NCBI RefSeq assembly: GCF_037042905.1
Contig: NC_087251.1
Coordinates: forward strand, 11,720,001 to 11,784,000
DNA: 64,000 nucleotides
Reading direction: 5' to 3'
Source of the DNA: Lytechinus pictus
Lineage: Eukaryota
Positions 1 to 26,077 of this stretch are shown piece after piece. The translations under genes were made by a program, and so were the position numbers. A model generated the notes under the pieces. It searched no databases. It was not told the DNA's origin and worked only from the letters and a program-made list of their open reading frames with translations. Position 1 is the stretch's first letter, and the number at the start of each line of letters is the position of its first letter.

Positions 1-489
1 TTGCTTTTTGTATACTAGTAATAGTAAGTATGGATATAATTGCTTTAGATTTTGAATTTCAGTACTCTTGTAATTTGCAATCAATAGCATATGAGAAAAA
101 AAAATACCACCAGCAAATTTGAAAGAAATTTATATAATTGGTATTACATGAGAAAGAAAATAGCTTTTAAGAAAGAATTGAAGTTTTAGCAACCTGATGA
201 TTGCATTAGCACATTGTGTAATGATAAACGTTTCCCTTTAATGCACGTTTCCTTCTACCACTAAGAATGCACGTGGGAGTGTAGTGTACATGACTCATGG
301 TATGTATGTCATGTCATTGAAAAACAACAAGATTGAAATGTACTCGCCCAATCTGAGCCACTACACAAACAAAAGTCTTTTAGTCTGGCTGATGAAAATC
401 TATTTTCAATATTTCAGTTGAGAAATTAATTTCCCCTAAATATTTATATATTATTATTAGTAGTAGTATTATGTGTAATTACATGTAAC

Positions 490-1221
490 TCGGCCGCTGA
501 TGCGCGATCGCCGTGAAAATTTGCACGCGCGTAGAGCCGGATGTAAACTACAAGACTGTATGGTAAAATTTTCAAAAAATTAATTGTATATATTTTTTAT
601 TGATTAATTATGAAAATAAGCGTATGAAATTTGCCCTAAATTTGTTTTTTGTGTATGTTTTTGCGTATGTTTTTTTTTTACTCAATTTATATAGCTAGTA
701 GAATGCTAATTTTTGGTGGTAGTATCAGTTATTACATTTCTAACAAATATCTACAAAAAAATTGCAAAAATATAATTAATTTCTCACGTATTTCATTGTT
801 TTTTAAATTCTTATGTATTTCTTTTTATTTTTTCAAACCTTTGTTTTCTATTGTTTCTTGCGATGAACTTTGTCGGGGACCCTTTTGCGATCATAAATAG
901 CATAAAATAAATCCGTTTAAACCAACAAAAGTATAAAAAAATCATACATTTATGATTTTTGGTTGAAAAACACAATTTACATTGACTTTGTACACGGAAT
1001 CATGTTTTTGACCAATTTCAGGTCTGACATGCACTTACAAAATGTTTCGTAATTTTGGAATAGCATACCCAGGCGTCGCAAATTCTGTCTCAAAAGATGC
1101 GCAAGACTCGAAAGTAAAAAGTTCGCAAAAGGCGCGGTCAAAAAATTTCGCGTGGCGGCGTAGTGACAAAATTTGTCAAAGGGGGGGGAAATTGACCCCC
1201 CCCCAGTTTATTACGGGTTAA
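490..1221. mobile_element. Truncated non-autonomous DNA transposon (piggyBac-like GGG-TTAA end)
   Basis: CpG-rich segment ending GGGGGGGAAATTGACCCCCCCCCAG...ACGGGTTAA; the matching left terminus was not found. Confidence 0.4.
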
Positions 1222-1522
1222 TCTGAGCTGCCATACAAATAAGGAACTTTGAGTGATGATATTTCCATTTTCAATATTAGTTGAGAAAAAAACAATAATT
1301 GATAATGTTCTGTACATTGAATTTCATATTGTTATTGTGATCAGTTGACTACTTTTTTTAATGTTTTTTTTTTAAGATGACATTTTTAAAAATTTGATAT
1401 TTAAATTAAGACCAAAAACAGTTTCTAACTCATTTTACCATCCTGATTAGATATGGTGGGATAAATTAATTGAAAGAATACTAATTTTGTCATTATACCA
1501 TTCTTTCTTTTCTCTTTTGCAG

Positions 1523-14619
<13,097 letters not shown>

Positions 14620-15976
14620 GTCAAGCGAGCCCATCTTTCCAACTTCCTTCTACTTGTGATCCATCTCGAAGACCCAATCTCCACATTCATTCACTGTCAT
14701 CAGGACATTTCCTATCTCATTTTGCTCAGAATATCCTATCACTAACATTTCTATGAAATGGTCAATTAGATTGTTGGAACATCAATGTGGCAGTGCATGG
14801 ATGCTATTCTAGAAACAGGTCACCAGGGACACCCATACAAAAATGGCTGCAAGAGACTGTGTGGTGAAAGAAACACACAAGCCATATCATTTTCAGGTAT
14901 CAGTTTGGGCCTTCCTATACATCCTTCATTATTCCTCATAGCTTGTAGGGTTGATACAAGTTCCCCATTGAATTATTGGACTGCTATGAATGGAGCAATG
15001 AACCATTATGAACATGTCTGCTGCACCGACTTGCGATAGCTTGCAAAATTGTTGACTGATCTTTGACCTCTGATATGCTGTAGATGAAGAGGAGGGTTAT
15101 CCTACCAACTGAGCATGATGGGTCATCAGGCCTTATACTGTGTTGACATCCCAGGAGAAACAGTGGAGAAAGAAAGTATGAGCAAGGGTTGCAAGTTGCA
15201 ACTATCTTCAAGGAATATTTGTGCTGCTTTATTTTGTGACTGCCAAAAGAAAACAAAGGAAGAATTGTAGATTTGTAATACAATTGCATCATTGGAAAGC
15301 ACAAGTTAAATTGTTTTGTCACTATTTAGAAGATGGTCTCATTCTGATGAAAAATACTTTATGTTCATTTAAAAGGCTTTATTACAATCAAAGATTTGTT
15401 CATTGTATTGACTTATATGGGAGAAAGATATCAACTTAAACTGTGAAATTTTGGATGTAATTTTTGTTGTTTTTAGTAATTTGTACAAAGAAATATTCAA
15501 AGCAAATTACTGTAGTCTAAATTTGCTTACTAAATACTATGTTGAAAATATGTACATGAATAATGTTAAAAAGTTTAACATAAAAAAAAGTTTGACTACA
15601 TAAAGTGATTTTCTTGATGAATTATATTGAGAGAGATACTACAAAGTGTATTCGTTCTTTTGTTTGTGGAATGTACAGTATTTGTCAAAAAATTTGAACG
15701 TATATATGCACAGGAAAAACTGATCATCACAAATCTAAGTCTGTAGCATTGAACAATGCTAATGTTCATTTATTTTCTTCAAAAATCAGGATTTAAGTAA
15801 TAGTAGATGAGTAGACATCTATCTTTCTTTTTCAATTTATGTGAATTTGCATTAGTGGGTGTAGAGGAGTCAATATATTTTTCAATTACAATCGGTGCAT
15901 AATGAGGGGCTGTTTCAATAAGAGTGAAGTGTGACTTATAGTCATTCTTAAAATGTTTAGCGCATATGGTGGTTAA

Positions 15977-16377
15977 GGCCATCGCACACCTTACGACTGG
16001 TTCACGATCCGATTTGGGAGTAAATTGCATTTTGCTCATTTTCTCAAAATGTGAATTATTTGAGGTTCAAATTAACTGAAAGAATACTAATGTACCACTT
16101 TTGGATGATTGCAAGCCTTTATTTTAGAGAAAAGGCCAAATTGGTTTTAAATCTTAGACAATTGTACGATTGCTATGACGTCATTGCGACTAGATGTTAA
16201 ATTTGCTTTTATTCTAATAAGAATGATAGCATAGTCACAGATTTGAACATCGGTATTCGTACAATGATTCAGAACATTACACAGTAAGATATTCAATTTT
16301 TCAACAGTAGCATCAAATTCTACTACGTTTTACTCCAAAATCTGGTCAAAGAGCAATGTGTAAGGTGTGCAGTGGCC
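15977..16377. mobile_element. MITE
   Basis: TIR GGCCATCGCACACCTTAC / GTAAGGTGTGCAGTGGCC, flanked by TTAA on both sides. Confidence 0.75.
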
Positions 16378-17299
16378 TTAACATATATCCTCAATATTGA
16401 CTATGCATTGGTGCATGCTCAGAAGCATGATCTGACCAATGTATTGATGTATTATATATATACCACTCACAATGGGGGAAATTTGAGTGTGATTTTTAGC
16501 CATTCTTCAATCTTGGTAAAATTTCACCAGGGGGGTAGTTTACGGAAAGTCAAGTCTGACCAACAAATCATGCCAACATGCACATGATGTGTGTAGCACA
16601 TAATATCGCTGATCAATACATGGTAAAACATGTCCTGTAAGCATGTTTGACCGATGCAGTGGTGTGTTATATGCTGCACGCAACTTGGAATTTAAGTGTG
16701 CTTTTTATCCATGCTTGAATCTTTGTGAAACATTCCTCAGAACTGTGTCAGATTTCATTCTGAAGGCTCTTAAACTTCCTTAGCTGATACCAGAGATGGA
16801 AAGGATTTATAGAATAACTTTCAAGGAAATAGAAAAAATGGTGGTTCCATAAAAATGATATTTAGCATGAAACACAATCAATATTAATGATCTTTATTAA
16901 TCATTTATTGATTACTCCCCATCAGATTATGTGTAATAGGAGTAATAGAGAAAGATTGTCCCCGGTTTTATTGGCTGAATTCGGGCAAATAGCCAACGAT
17001 GTTGATTATGAATGTTTTCGATAGATAGGAAGAAATTTCCCCAAGAACTTATTGATTTTTAAAGAGGAATGGATTTGATCATTGTTTTAATCATGTACTG
17101 TTATTCTTACATGCTTCATTCTTGTACTGTCCAATTGGAAGTGGTTGACATACATCCCCTTCATCATTTTTCTTCCTTAATTTGGGATTTAAGAAATTAC
17201 TTGACCGACCCACAACAAGCCAAACTAACACATACATTTGTTTCCTGTCACACTGCAACTCAATATATTCCAACCTCCCTCATACATACCTTGTTCCAC

Positions 17300-17690
17300 T
17301 TTAACAGGTTCAAAATCCTGCTGCTAGATTAGTCTCTCTCAGTAAGAAATTCGAGCATGTAACCCCAATCCTGTCTTCTCTGCATTGGCTCCCCATACAT
17401 CACCGTATCTCTTTCAAACTTCTCCTTCTCACCTACAAAATTCTCAATGGCCAGTCTCCAAAATATCTTACAGATCTCATTTCTCTTCGCTCTAGTACCT
17501 CCTCAAGACCTCTCCGTTCATTGTCTACGATGCAGTTAACTCACGAACCTCTAAAAGGATGGTGGCCATGCTTTTTCTTCAATTGCACCGTCCCTTTGGA
17601 ATAAGCTACCCTCTTATATTCATAACTTTAAGTCTGTTAGTCAGTTCAAGACCCTGCTCAAAACCTACCTGTTTGAAAAATGATTCACAA
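17300..17690 (+). mobile_element. L2-clade LINE 3' ORF2 fragment
   Basis: Translates as ..KFEHVTPILSSLHWLPIHHRISFKLLLLTYKILNGQSPKYLTDLI.., a typical L2 C-terminal motif. Confidence 0.8.
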
Positions 17691-19629
17691 TTGTGGGTCG
17701 GTCAATTGGGGGTGCACACCAGTTTTGATTATAAGTATTAGTTTTATTAGCTGTATATTTTCCCCTTCCACATTTTTTTTTTCTCCCAAGTATAAACCAT
17801 AAACAGAACACAGTGCACTTAAAAACACCCGTAGTAAGTGCCGTATAAATGTTATGTAGTATTATTTAATTTGATCAGGTATCGCAATAGTAATTTTGCA
17901 GTAGTGAGTTAGGGCAAGTGATGGATGTTTTAATCTAAAGAGAATTATAAAACAAGCAAGCCATGCCCTCGCTCGACAACGTTTGCTTCTAATCCTGCCC
18001 TAACAGCAAACAAAGTAATGGGGAACGAGTACATGCTTGGTCCTGTTATAAAAATTATTATTTCGCTAACTTTGCCATCCAATGGTATAAATACCATGGC
18101 AACAATACAGCCAATCAAAATCAAGGATTCCATGAAAGTTACCATTGGATGGCAAAGTTACCATAATAGTAAGTTTTATGCAACAGGACCTTGATGTGAA
18201 AGATACTGAGTAGGATCCCTACTCAAAGACAAGGCACTAACTGCTTATGAGGTGCCCAAGTCATTTTATTGTTTCTTCTGGGGGGGCTCTTTTAAATACA
18301 TATATCAATCATATCACTTCTCAAAGTAACTCTGTATTATTTATTCTCTAACATTCTTCTTGTGAATGTAAAAAGTAGCAACTGCCCTTATTATGTGTAT
18401 TCTAAGATTCCCTTATTTCATATTTTTGTTTCTTAACAAAAATTACAAAACAAAGCCCAAAATCCTGATTATCAGGTTAGGTTTGATTATTTCATTAATG
18501 GTATTTTTCTTCATATGAATAACATACTTGTTTTACAGTAGGAAAAAGAATTAAGCTTAAGTTGTAAATAGCAAAAGACATCATGTATTTCACAATTTGG
18601 CTATGAGACAGCAAAGTCATTAGCCTTTTGACAAGGCCTCGCGACTTGGCTCTATTCCTCGTCAAGCGGTGGCTGAGACGAGACTAGCAGCTGACGAAGA
18701 GAACTGGCAATACCCAAGTGAGTGCGAGAGCGAAGTCGCAAGGCCTATTGGAATCAGGTGAAGATGTGAATATATGAATATTCACGAGCATGCTGATGCG
18801 CCAGTCCGCAACGTCAGTGTCTATGACGTCATGAGACTGGGTTCGTTTGCTTCTGTGGCACAGGGTCATACGGGGTTCATTGATGCAAGCAATATGCTCG
18901 CTTATTGGCCACTACCTCTCAGGTAGCGATTCGCAAACAATGGTTAACATAAGAAATCCAAATCAGGTTCCTAAAGGCCCTGTGACTGAGCTCAAAATCC
19001 TCGCACTCACTCGGCTTATTGCGAATAGTTTTTTTTCCAGTCGGTAGGTATGTGATGTAAATATCACAATAGATACAGGGCCTTATTTAAAGGCTACAAA
19101 GTCATAGGAGATTTATGATGGTATTACATTACTATCATCTACTTTGAATATCAGGTCATGAAGTTATTTGTGATGATTCAGTTGCAAAATTCATGAAAGT
19201 AAAACCTCTGTAAAATATTCTGCGAATACAGTGATTTGGTTACATAAGACAAAGTTACTGGATAATGGGTGAATATTATGAACATTTGGTAAATTCATAC
19301 CTTGTATCTTGTTATTTCATTTACTCATGCGTTATAGTGGGTTGCTTGTAAAAAGAACAGATTGGTACTTCTATCTTGGTACTCTATCCACCTCAAATGT
19401 TACTAATGCAGCCATAGATTGAGCGATTATGTCATTCACTTTAGAATCAATGAATAATTGTATAAATGTAGTTAGTATTCGATTCATTTATCTGCCATCT
19501 TGGTCTCTCTTGCATTGACTGTCAATTTTAGGTTTAGAACCCTTATCCATTTTCTTCATTCCTTCATTTGTTTTTCTTTCGTTATTGCTTACAAAATAAG
19601 GAGGTTTACATTAATATATTAACAATCTG

Positions 19630-19896
19630 GGCCCTGTCTTACAAAGAATTACGATTGATCCAGTCAGTCTAACTCTATGGAAATCCAGTGTCATAATTTT
19701 TTTCTATAGGAAATTTGCACAATGTCCTTTGTAAACAAATAGAAGCACAGTGAATTTTCAAGAAAACAATGAATGCATGAATATACATCATAGTTCGAAA
19801 ATATTTTGAACAAACATGAATAATACATGTTGACGTTGCTGGCCATCCATAGTTGCGATTGATTGGATCAATCATAACTCTTTGTAAGACGGGGCC
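19630..19896. mobile_element. MITE (Harbinger-like)
   Basis: TIR GGCCCTGTCTTACAAAGAATTACGATTGATCC / GGATCAATCATAACTCTTTGTAAGACGGGGCC; 3-bp TSD CTG. Confidence 0.8.
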
Positions 19897-21840
19897 CTGA
19901 AAGTCTTCAGATTTAGGATTCCAAGCAACAAATATGGCTCCCAGGGTCACATGTGAGAAGGCATGGTTGCATTCAATCACGATTGATTACTCCCCATGTA
20001 GTGGATATTGTGCCTGTACTTTATGCAGGCATGGCAGAATCTAATGACCAGAGTAAGAGAGTAGTCCAGAAAAATGCACTTAAGGTGACTGAATTTGTCA
20101 AGAGCATTTACTACTTCATTTTCAAAATTCTTCAGCACATGAGTGGTACTGAACTTTTCACAAATACCCTAACTGAACATCAGATAAAATATCATGCTTT
20201 GACAACAAATTTGCAGATCTAACATATACTATTCTTTCAAGGATTTTAGAATAAGTAGACAAACAAGAAATTATCAATTTTTAAAAATAAAGGAATTACC
20301 TTAGTTATTTTCATTTGGTCTGGAGCTGTACTAGTTTCTAAAGAAAGATTGAATATATACACCAACAGAGCAACAATAGAATTTGTCACAAATTTTTAAA
20401 TATAATTATTAATTTCATCAAAGCCAGGGTTTTTCTTATTTCTCAATCCAGATACAATATTTATTACTTCTGGATTCCAAGTTGGAGCAAAAAAATTTGG
20501 GTTTGGGAGGCCGAAATAGTCTGAAATATTTTTTCTCAAGCTCTGCCAACAGAAGAGAAATAGTTATTAAAAATAATTGAAATGTTTCAGCATCATTAAC
20601 AATAAAATTTTTAAGCCAAATTTTGGCCAAAATATCAAGCAATTCTTCACCCTCCTACTTAATTGTTCTCTACAGAAGTTTTGTAAATTTCCTGAAATCT
20701 GCTCCTGTCCTTCCTAGTCTCATGCAAATCTCAAATAGAATTTTTTTCTCTGATCTGCTTAACCTACAAATAACCCCTCAGTTTTTTTTTTTGGGGGGGG
20801 GGTTTAACACACAAAAAAATACTCTTGTATAAAATAAGAGCACTTTTCTCTTCTAATTTGTTTTTAATGGAATGGAGATGGCATCTTCATTCATGCTAGA
20901 TCCATTTGGTGTATGTTTTATTTTGTCATACTGGCACTTTGTTCAACTACCGTTTAGTCTATGCTGAAGACTAAATAAGGTCAGCTTAATTGGGTGATAT
21001 TAGACAAACTGGATATTAGACCACACTGATGATATGACAAATATGTTGCAGACAAGATGATATGGTTATAGTATATATGAGAGATAACATTCAGAATCTG
21101 ACGATCATCTATTAATGGTGGCTTTCATAAACCTGATTGATTTCTCCTACAAGTGTGTTAACCCATTGATGACTGTATTCTGTAATTCATATTGGCTTTA
21201 TTCAAGGACCACTCAGTTCCAGTAGGCAATGGGCTATTTCATACTCAAATCATCTTTAAATCAATGGAGCTCCTACGCGCTCTTTGCCTAAAGTATGTGC
21301 ACTTCCTGTAGCAGGAATCCTGCTATAATAAAGGCACTATAAAGCATCTTTTACAGTAGCTTTCCCATTGTACCATCTATGATGAGTGTAAGCATTTGTA
21401 ATGAAAAGGTGTTTGCTCTGACATTTAGTAACATGATTTAGTTCCTAGTGCATATTTATTTATCCTTTTCTTTCTTTTTTTTCTTCTCTTTTTTATGTTC
21501 TTCTTGAGTATATCGCAAGTTCACATACAAAGTTATATATGAAAATATCGAGAAAGCATTCATAGCTGAAAAAAATGTGTACAGGCATGGAAAAGATGTA
21601 TAAATATAAATAAACAGAAAGACAAAGTTATGTAATATTGTGTTGTATGTGGCTCTTGTTATATCTCGGATGTGTATTTTGTGCATCTTATAATGTTCAA
21701 TAAAAATTGAATGAACCAACGAATATAAGCGGCATGTGTGGTTATTAATTTAAGTCTTTGCTTCTTGATTGTCCTGTTCAAATTCTTATCTTTACATACC
21801 AAAGAAAGAGAGAAAGAAAGAGGGGGAGAGAAAAAGAAAA

Positions 21841-24800
21841 CGTTGGCTTCGAACCTTGCACCTCGTGTATGATAGACCACTTACCACGGGGCATACCACT
21901 GAACCACAGGAGCCCAACGCATGAAATTTTGTCATTTTAAGGCACCGAGCCAAGTTGGGTTTGAAAGCTATCTGGGCCTGCCCACAGGAGCGCCCAGATA
22001 GCAACTGACTCTAGTGCAATGTTTATGACCGTGGAGGTCCAGGTTCGATTCCCAACATATTTCTTCATTTTTGGCTAACAACTTCCAAAAGGACAATAAT
22101 TCATGTATCATAGGCGGATCCAGCTTTTGGCGAAAGGGGGGGCGCACTGCCGAGCGGCGCACATATTTTTGCACTTCACCGGCGCCATAAAAGAAAATGT
22201 TGAAAAAGGGGTAAAGTCTGACCCTGTCAAATGCTCTTTTGACATTGTAAGATTTCCAGTCATGCCATTTCGCATGACCACACGCAGATAATATTTCCGG
22301 GGGGGGGGGCAAGACTCGAAAATTTGGTGCACATCTCACATTTGAAAATTTTTCATAGTTTTCATGAAATGTTAAGGGAAAATTGTTTTTCACAACAGCA
22401 GATCGCGAATGTGCCCCCCCCCCCCTTCCCCTTGCTGCGTACGACCATTCCCTGAAGTCCACTTAAACATATCTCATTATAACAGAAAATATACATCAAT
22501 TTAAACATATAATCTTTCTAAAACATATATAGAGAGAGATTGAGAAACTTATTAAAGAAAGAAACAAGCAAAAAGTAACACAAATTATGCATGTTATGTG
22601 CGATTTCAAAATCTCGTGTATTAACCCTTTTATTGCGATGAGGCCAATACTTTTGTATATTAATAGAGATACAAGTTTTTTTTACTATATGTATATATAT
22701 ATATATACACAGGGGCGTCGATCCTTTTTTTTTTAGATTTGGGGGGCAAAATCACGAATCAACTTTCCAAAGGCGCTCGATATTACACAAAACAAACAAA
22801 CTCACACAAACACACACACACATGCATATATATATATATACATGTATATATATTTATATGACTCATGAGATAGAAACACATCTCACCAACAAATTAATGC
22901 GAGCGCGAGCTGAAATTTTTTAGTATACTGACCTGAAAACAGGAAAAAGGTGCCTGTTTAGGATTGTTTGTAGTAACTCATGAGGAGGATACATATCTCA
23001 CTACACAGACGAGCTGAAATTTCTTTATATTCTAACCAGAAAGCTTGATATTCTATGCATTTTTGGTACCAATGATTAAGATGGGTATCTATAAAAAAAA
23101 ACAATAGATGCGAGCGCGAAGCGCGAGCTTAAAATTTTGATATTTTGATCTGAAAAAAATGACAGTTTAATGGACGTTTGTAATAAAGAACAAGATTATA
23201 TCCAGCAAAAGATTATTGCAAATCGAAGCGGGAGTTCTTTTGACGTTTAGTCCTGAAAAAGGGACATTCTATTTACCTATTTAATCATGAAAAGTATGGG
23301 GTTTTGCTACAGAAATGATGCGAGCGCGAAGCGCGAGCTGAAAATTTTATATTCCAATCTGAGAAGCGGATAATTTAAGCACGATTTTAAATAAAGAACG
23401 AGTTGTGTAGCACAATCTCAATATACGACTGGTTGCGTAATTATACACTCCCGGTACTAGCAACGGGTTTTAGCAAAGTTTAGGCTAAAATATCGAATCA
23501 TCTTCATAAAACACTATAGTAGCTGTCTTAAACTAAAGGCCATAGAGGTGGCACAATGTGGAATGTGTAAAGAAGAAAAGTGACTGACCTTCTTTTTATT
23601 AAAGCATTGGAAAATAAGATCAAAATTAAAGGATTTGCTCTACGCTTTTGTATGATTCTGGGATTGTTTAAATAAATTAAAGATTTCATGACATCTGTCA
23701 TTCTTTGGGCAACTGCCCCGCCCCAGTCCACTCTGTAAGGGCATGCGATAAGCTTTGTTATGACCATTCAACAATAAAATGTATAACCAGGTGCTGCTGA
23801 TCATTCTTGACCGGCGCCGATCTAGATTTGGTTGGCAATAGGCCCATCTTCATTATTCTACCGGCGCCTATTTATTGGAACCAGGGGACGCTGATTATTC
23901 TTGACAGGCGCCGATTTAGAACAAGTGCTGATTATTTTTACCGACGTCACGTAAGATTCAGGCAGCGGCAATTCATAATTGACTGGCACCGATTTAGAAC
24001 CAGGAGGCGCCGATTATTCTTGACTGGTGCCGATTTTTAACCAGTTGGTGCTGATTATTCTTGTCCGGCGCCGATTTAGATTAAGGTGGAGCTGATTATT
24101 CTTGATCGGCGCCGGTTAAGACTCAGGCAGCGCCGATTTATAACCAGATGGCGCTGATTATAATGACCAGCCCAGATTTAGATATAGGTGGCGCTGATTA
24201 TCCTTGATCGGCGCCGGTTACGAACTCAGGCAGCGCCGATTTATAACCAGATGGTGCCGTTTATTCTTGCCCGGCGCCGATTTAGATTTAGGTGGAGCTG
24301 ATTATTCTTGGTCGGCGCCGGTTAAGACTCTGGCAGCGCCGATTTATAACCAGATGGCGCTGATTATTCTTGTCCGGCCCCGATTTAGATTTAGGTGGCG
24401 CTGATTATCCTTGATCGGCGCCGGTTAAGAACTCAGGCAGCGTCAATTTTTCTGTACCGGCGCCGATTTATAACCAGATGGCGCCGATTATTTTTATCTG
24501 GTGCCGATTTAGATTTAGGTGGCGCAGATTATCCTTGATCGGTGCCGGTTAAGACTCTGGCAGTGCCGATTTTTCTCGACTGGCGCCGATTTATAACCAA
24601 ATGGCGCTATTATTCTTGTCCGGCGCCGATTTAGATTAAGGTGGCGCTGATTATTCTTGATTGGCAGCAGTTATATGCAGGCAGCGCACTGCTGATTATT
24701 TTTAACCGGCGAAGTTGTTGGGAAAAGGGTAGTTAAAAGAAAAGATAAGGAATATGATATGATTGTGCTTTGCTGGTGGATAGTCTTTCCTTACTGTTGC

Positions 24801-25630
24801 TAATATTATATCAGTGTATAATTTTTTTAAGCGGCGCCTTTTCTTTTCTTTCCTTTTTTTCAATTTTTTCAAGCAGCGCGTTTTCTTTCTTTTATTTTTT
24901 TTGAGCGGCGCCTTCGACGCCGCTCAAATATTAGGGGGGGCGCGCGCCCTGCGCCACCCCCTGGATCCGCCACTGTGTATATCCACTGTCACAGGGGGAA
25001 GGTGATATTAATATCGATCAATGAAAATGTAAATACTCATCATGATTAATTCGTCACTGGCTATTCTCTCAAAAATTATTTAATGTCAAATGGGGACCTT
25101 TTGGGGGGGAAGGGGTCATGCATCTGACTTAGCGTCCGCTTACTTGGGGTAGAAAGTGATATGTTTAATCTCGTTTTAAATCGTAGTTTTGTATCACAAT
25201 ATAAATGGAAATAAGTGAACAATACATTAAAGTAGGATACCTGATCCTGACCCCCCCCCCTAAAAAAAAAAACAAGAACCAGCTCTTGACTTTCAATTAA
25301 TTTTAGACAGATTAACCAGTGAACATCATATTCAATGAGTATTTATATTTCCCTTGATCGGTATTAATGTCACCTCACAATATTTGTTCTTGTTTCCCAA
25401 AAAAATGAAGAAAAGCATATTGGGAATCGAACTTGGACCTCCACGGTCAAAAACTGTACTAGTGTCAGTTACTATCTGGGCGATCCTGTGGACAGAAGGC
25501 CCAGATAGCTTTTAAAATTAACTTGGCTCGGTGCCTTAAAATGACGAAATTTCATGCGTTGGGCTCCTGTGGTTCAGTGGTATAGGAATATGTCTATTAC
25601 ATACGAGGTCCAGGGTTCGATACCGTGCAA
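21841..25630. mobile_element. Foldback element with tRNA-like arms, interrupted by about 2.9 kb of nested repeats
   Basis: 21841-22070 is the reverse complement of about 25400-25630, and 25001-25060 is the reverse complement of about 25316-25375. Each outer arm has A/B-box-like tRNA motifs. Confidence 0.6.
23790..24710. repeat. GC-rich minisatellite (GGCGCCGATT / GCTGATTATTCTTG subunits)
   Basis: Many tandem degenerate ~35-bp subunits in a higher-order period of roughly 110-130 bp. Confidence 0.9.
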
Positions 25631-26077
25631 CTTTCTCTCTTTTGTCATTTCTTTATATATATATATTTTTTTCTGTTTCATTGCTTCTTTTTTGTTTTCG
25701 AGCAACATTAATGCTATTTATTAGTAGACGTTGATAACAAGTGTTTAATCATATAATGTGGCAGTTGCTAGGGAGGGAAGGGGGCTGTAAAGCTCCTAGA
25801 AATTTTACTAAGATGGTTTTGTTTGTTCTTTGTATCTGATGATAGCTTAATTTTCAATGCTTTTTTTTCTTTCTTTTTTTTTCTTTCTTATTTTTCTTCT
25901 ATTTTTTCTCTCTCTCTATTCCCTTTTCCCTCTTTTGCGCCTCTATATTAAGAAAGGGGTGGCCAATACGGCCTCAACTTGGATAAGCCTGATATATATT
26001 TACATAATTATATTTATATTTACATATATATATATATATATATGTTATATATATTTATATATATATATATATATATA

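Noticed and set aside
23790..24710. Regular repeats resembling a CRISPR array
   Set aside because: The units are tandem and degenerate with no unique spacers, there are no cas genes, and the context is eukaryotic.
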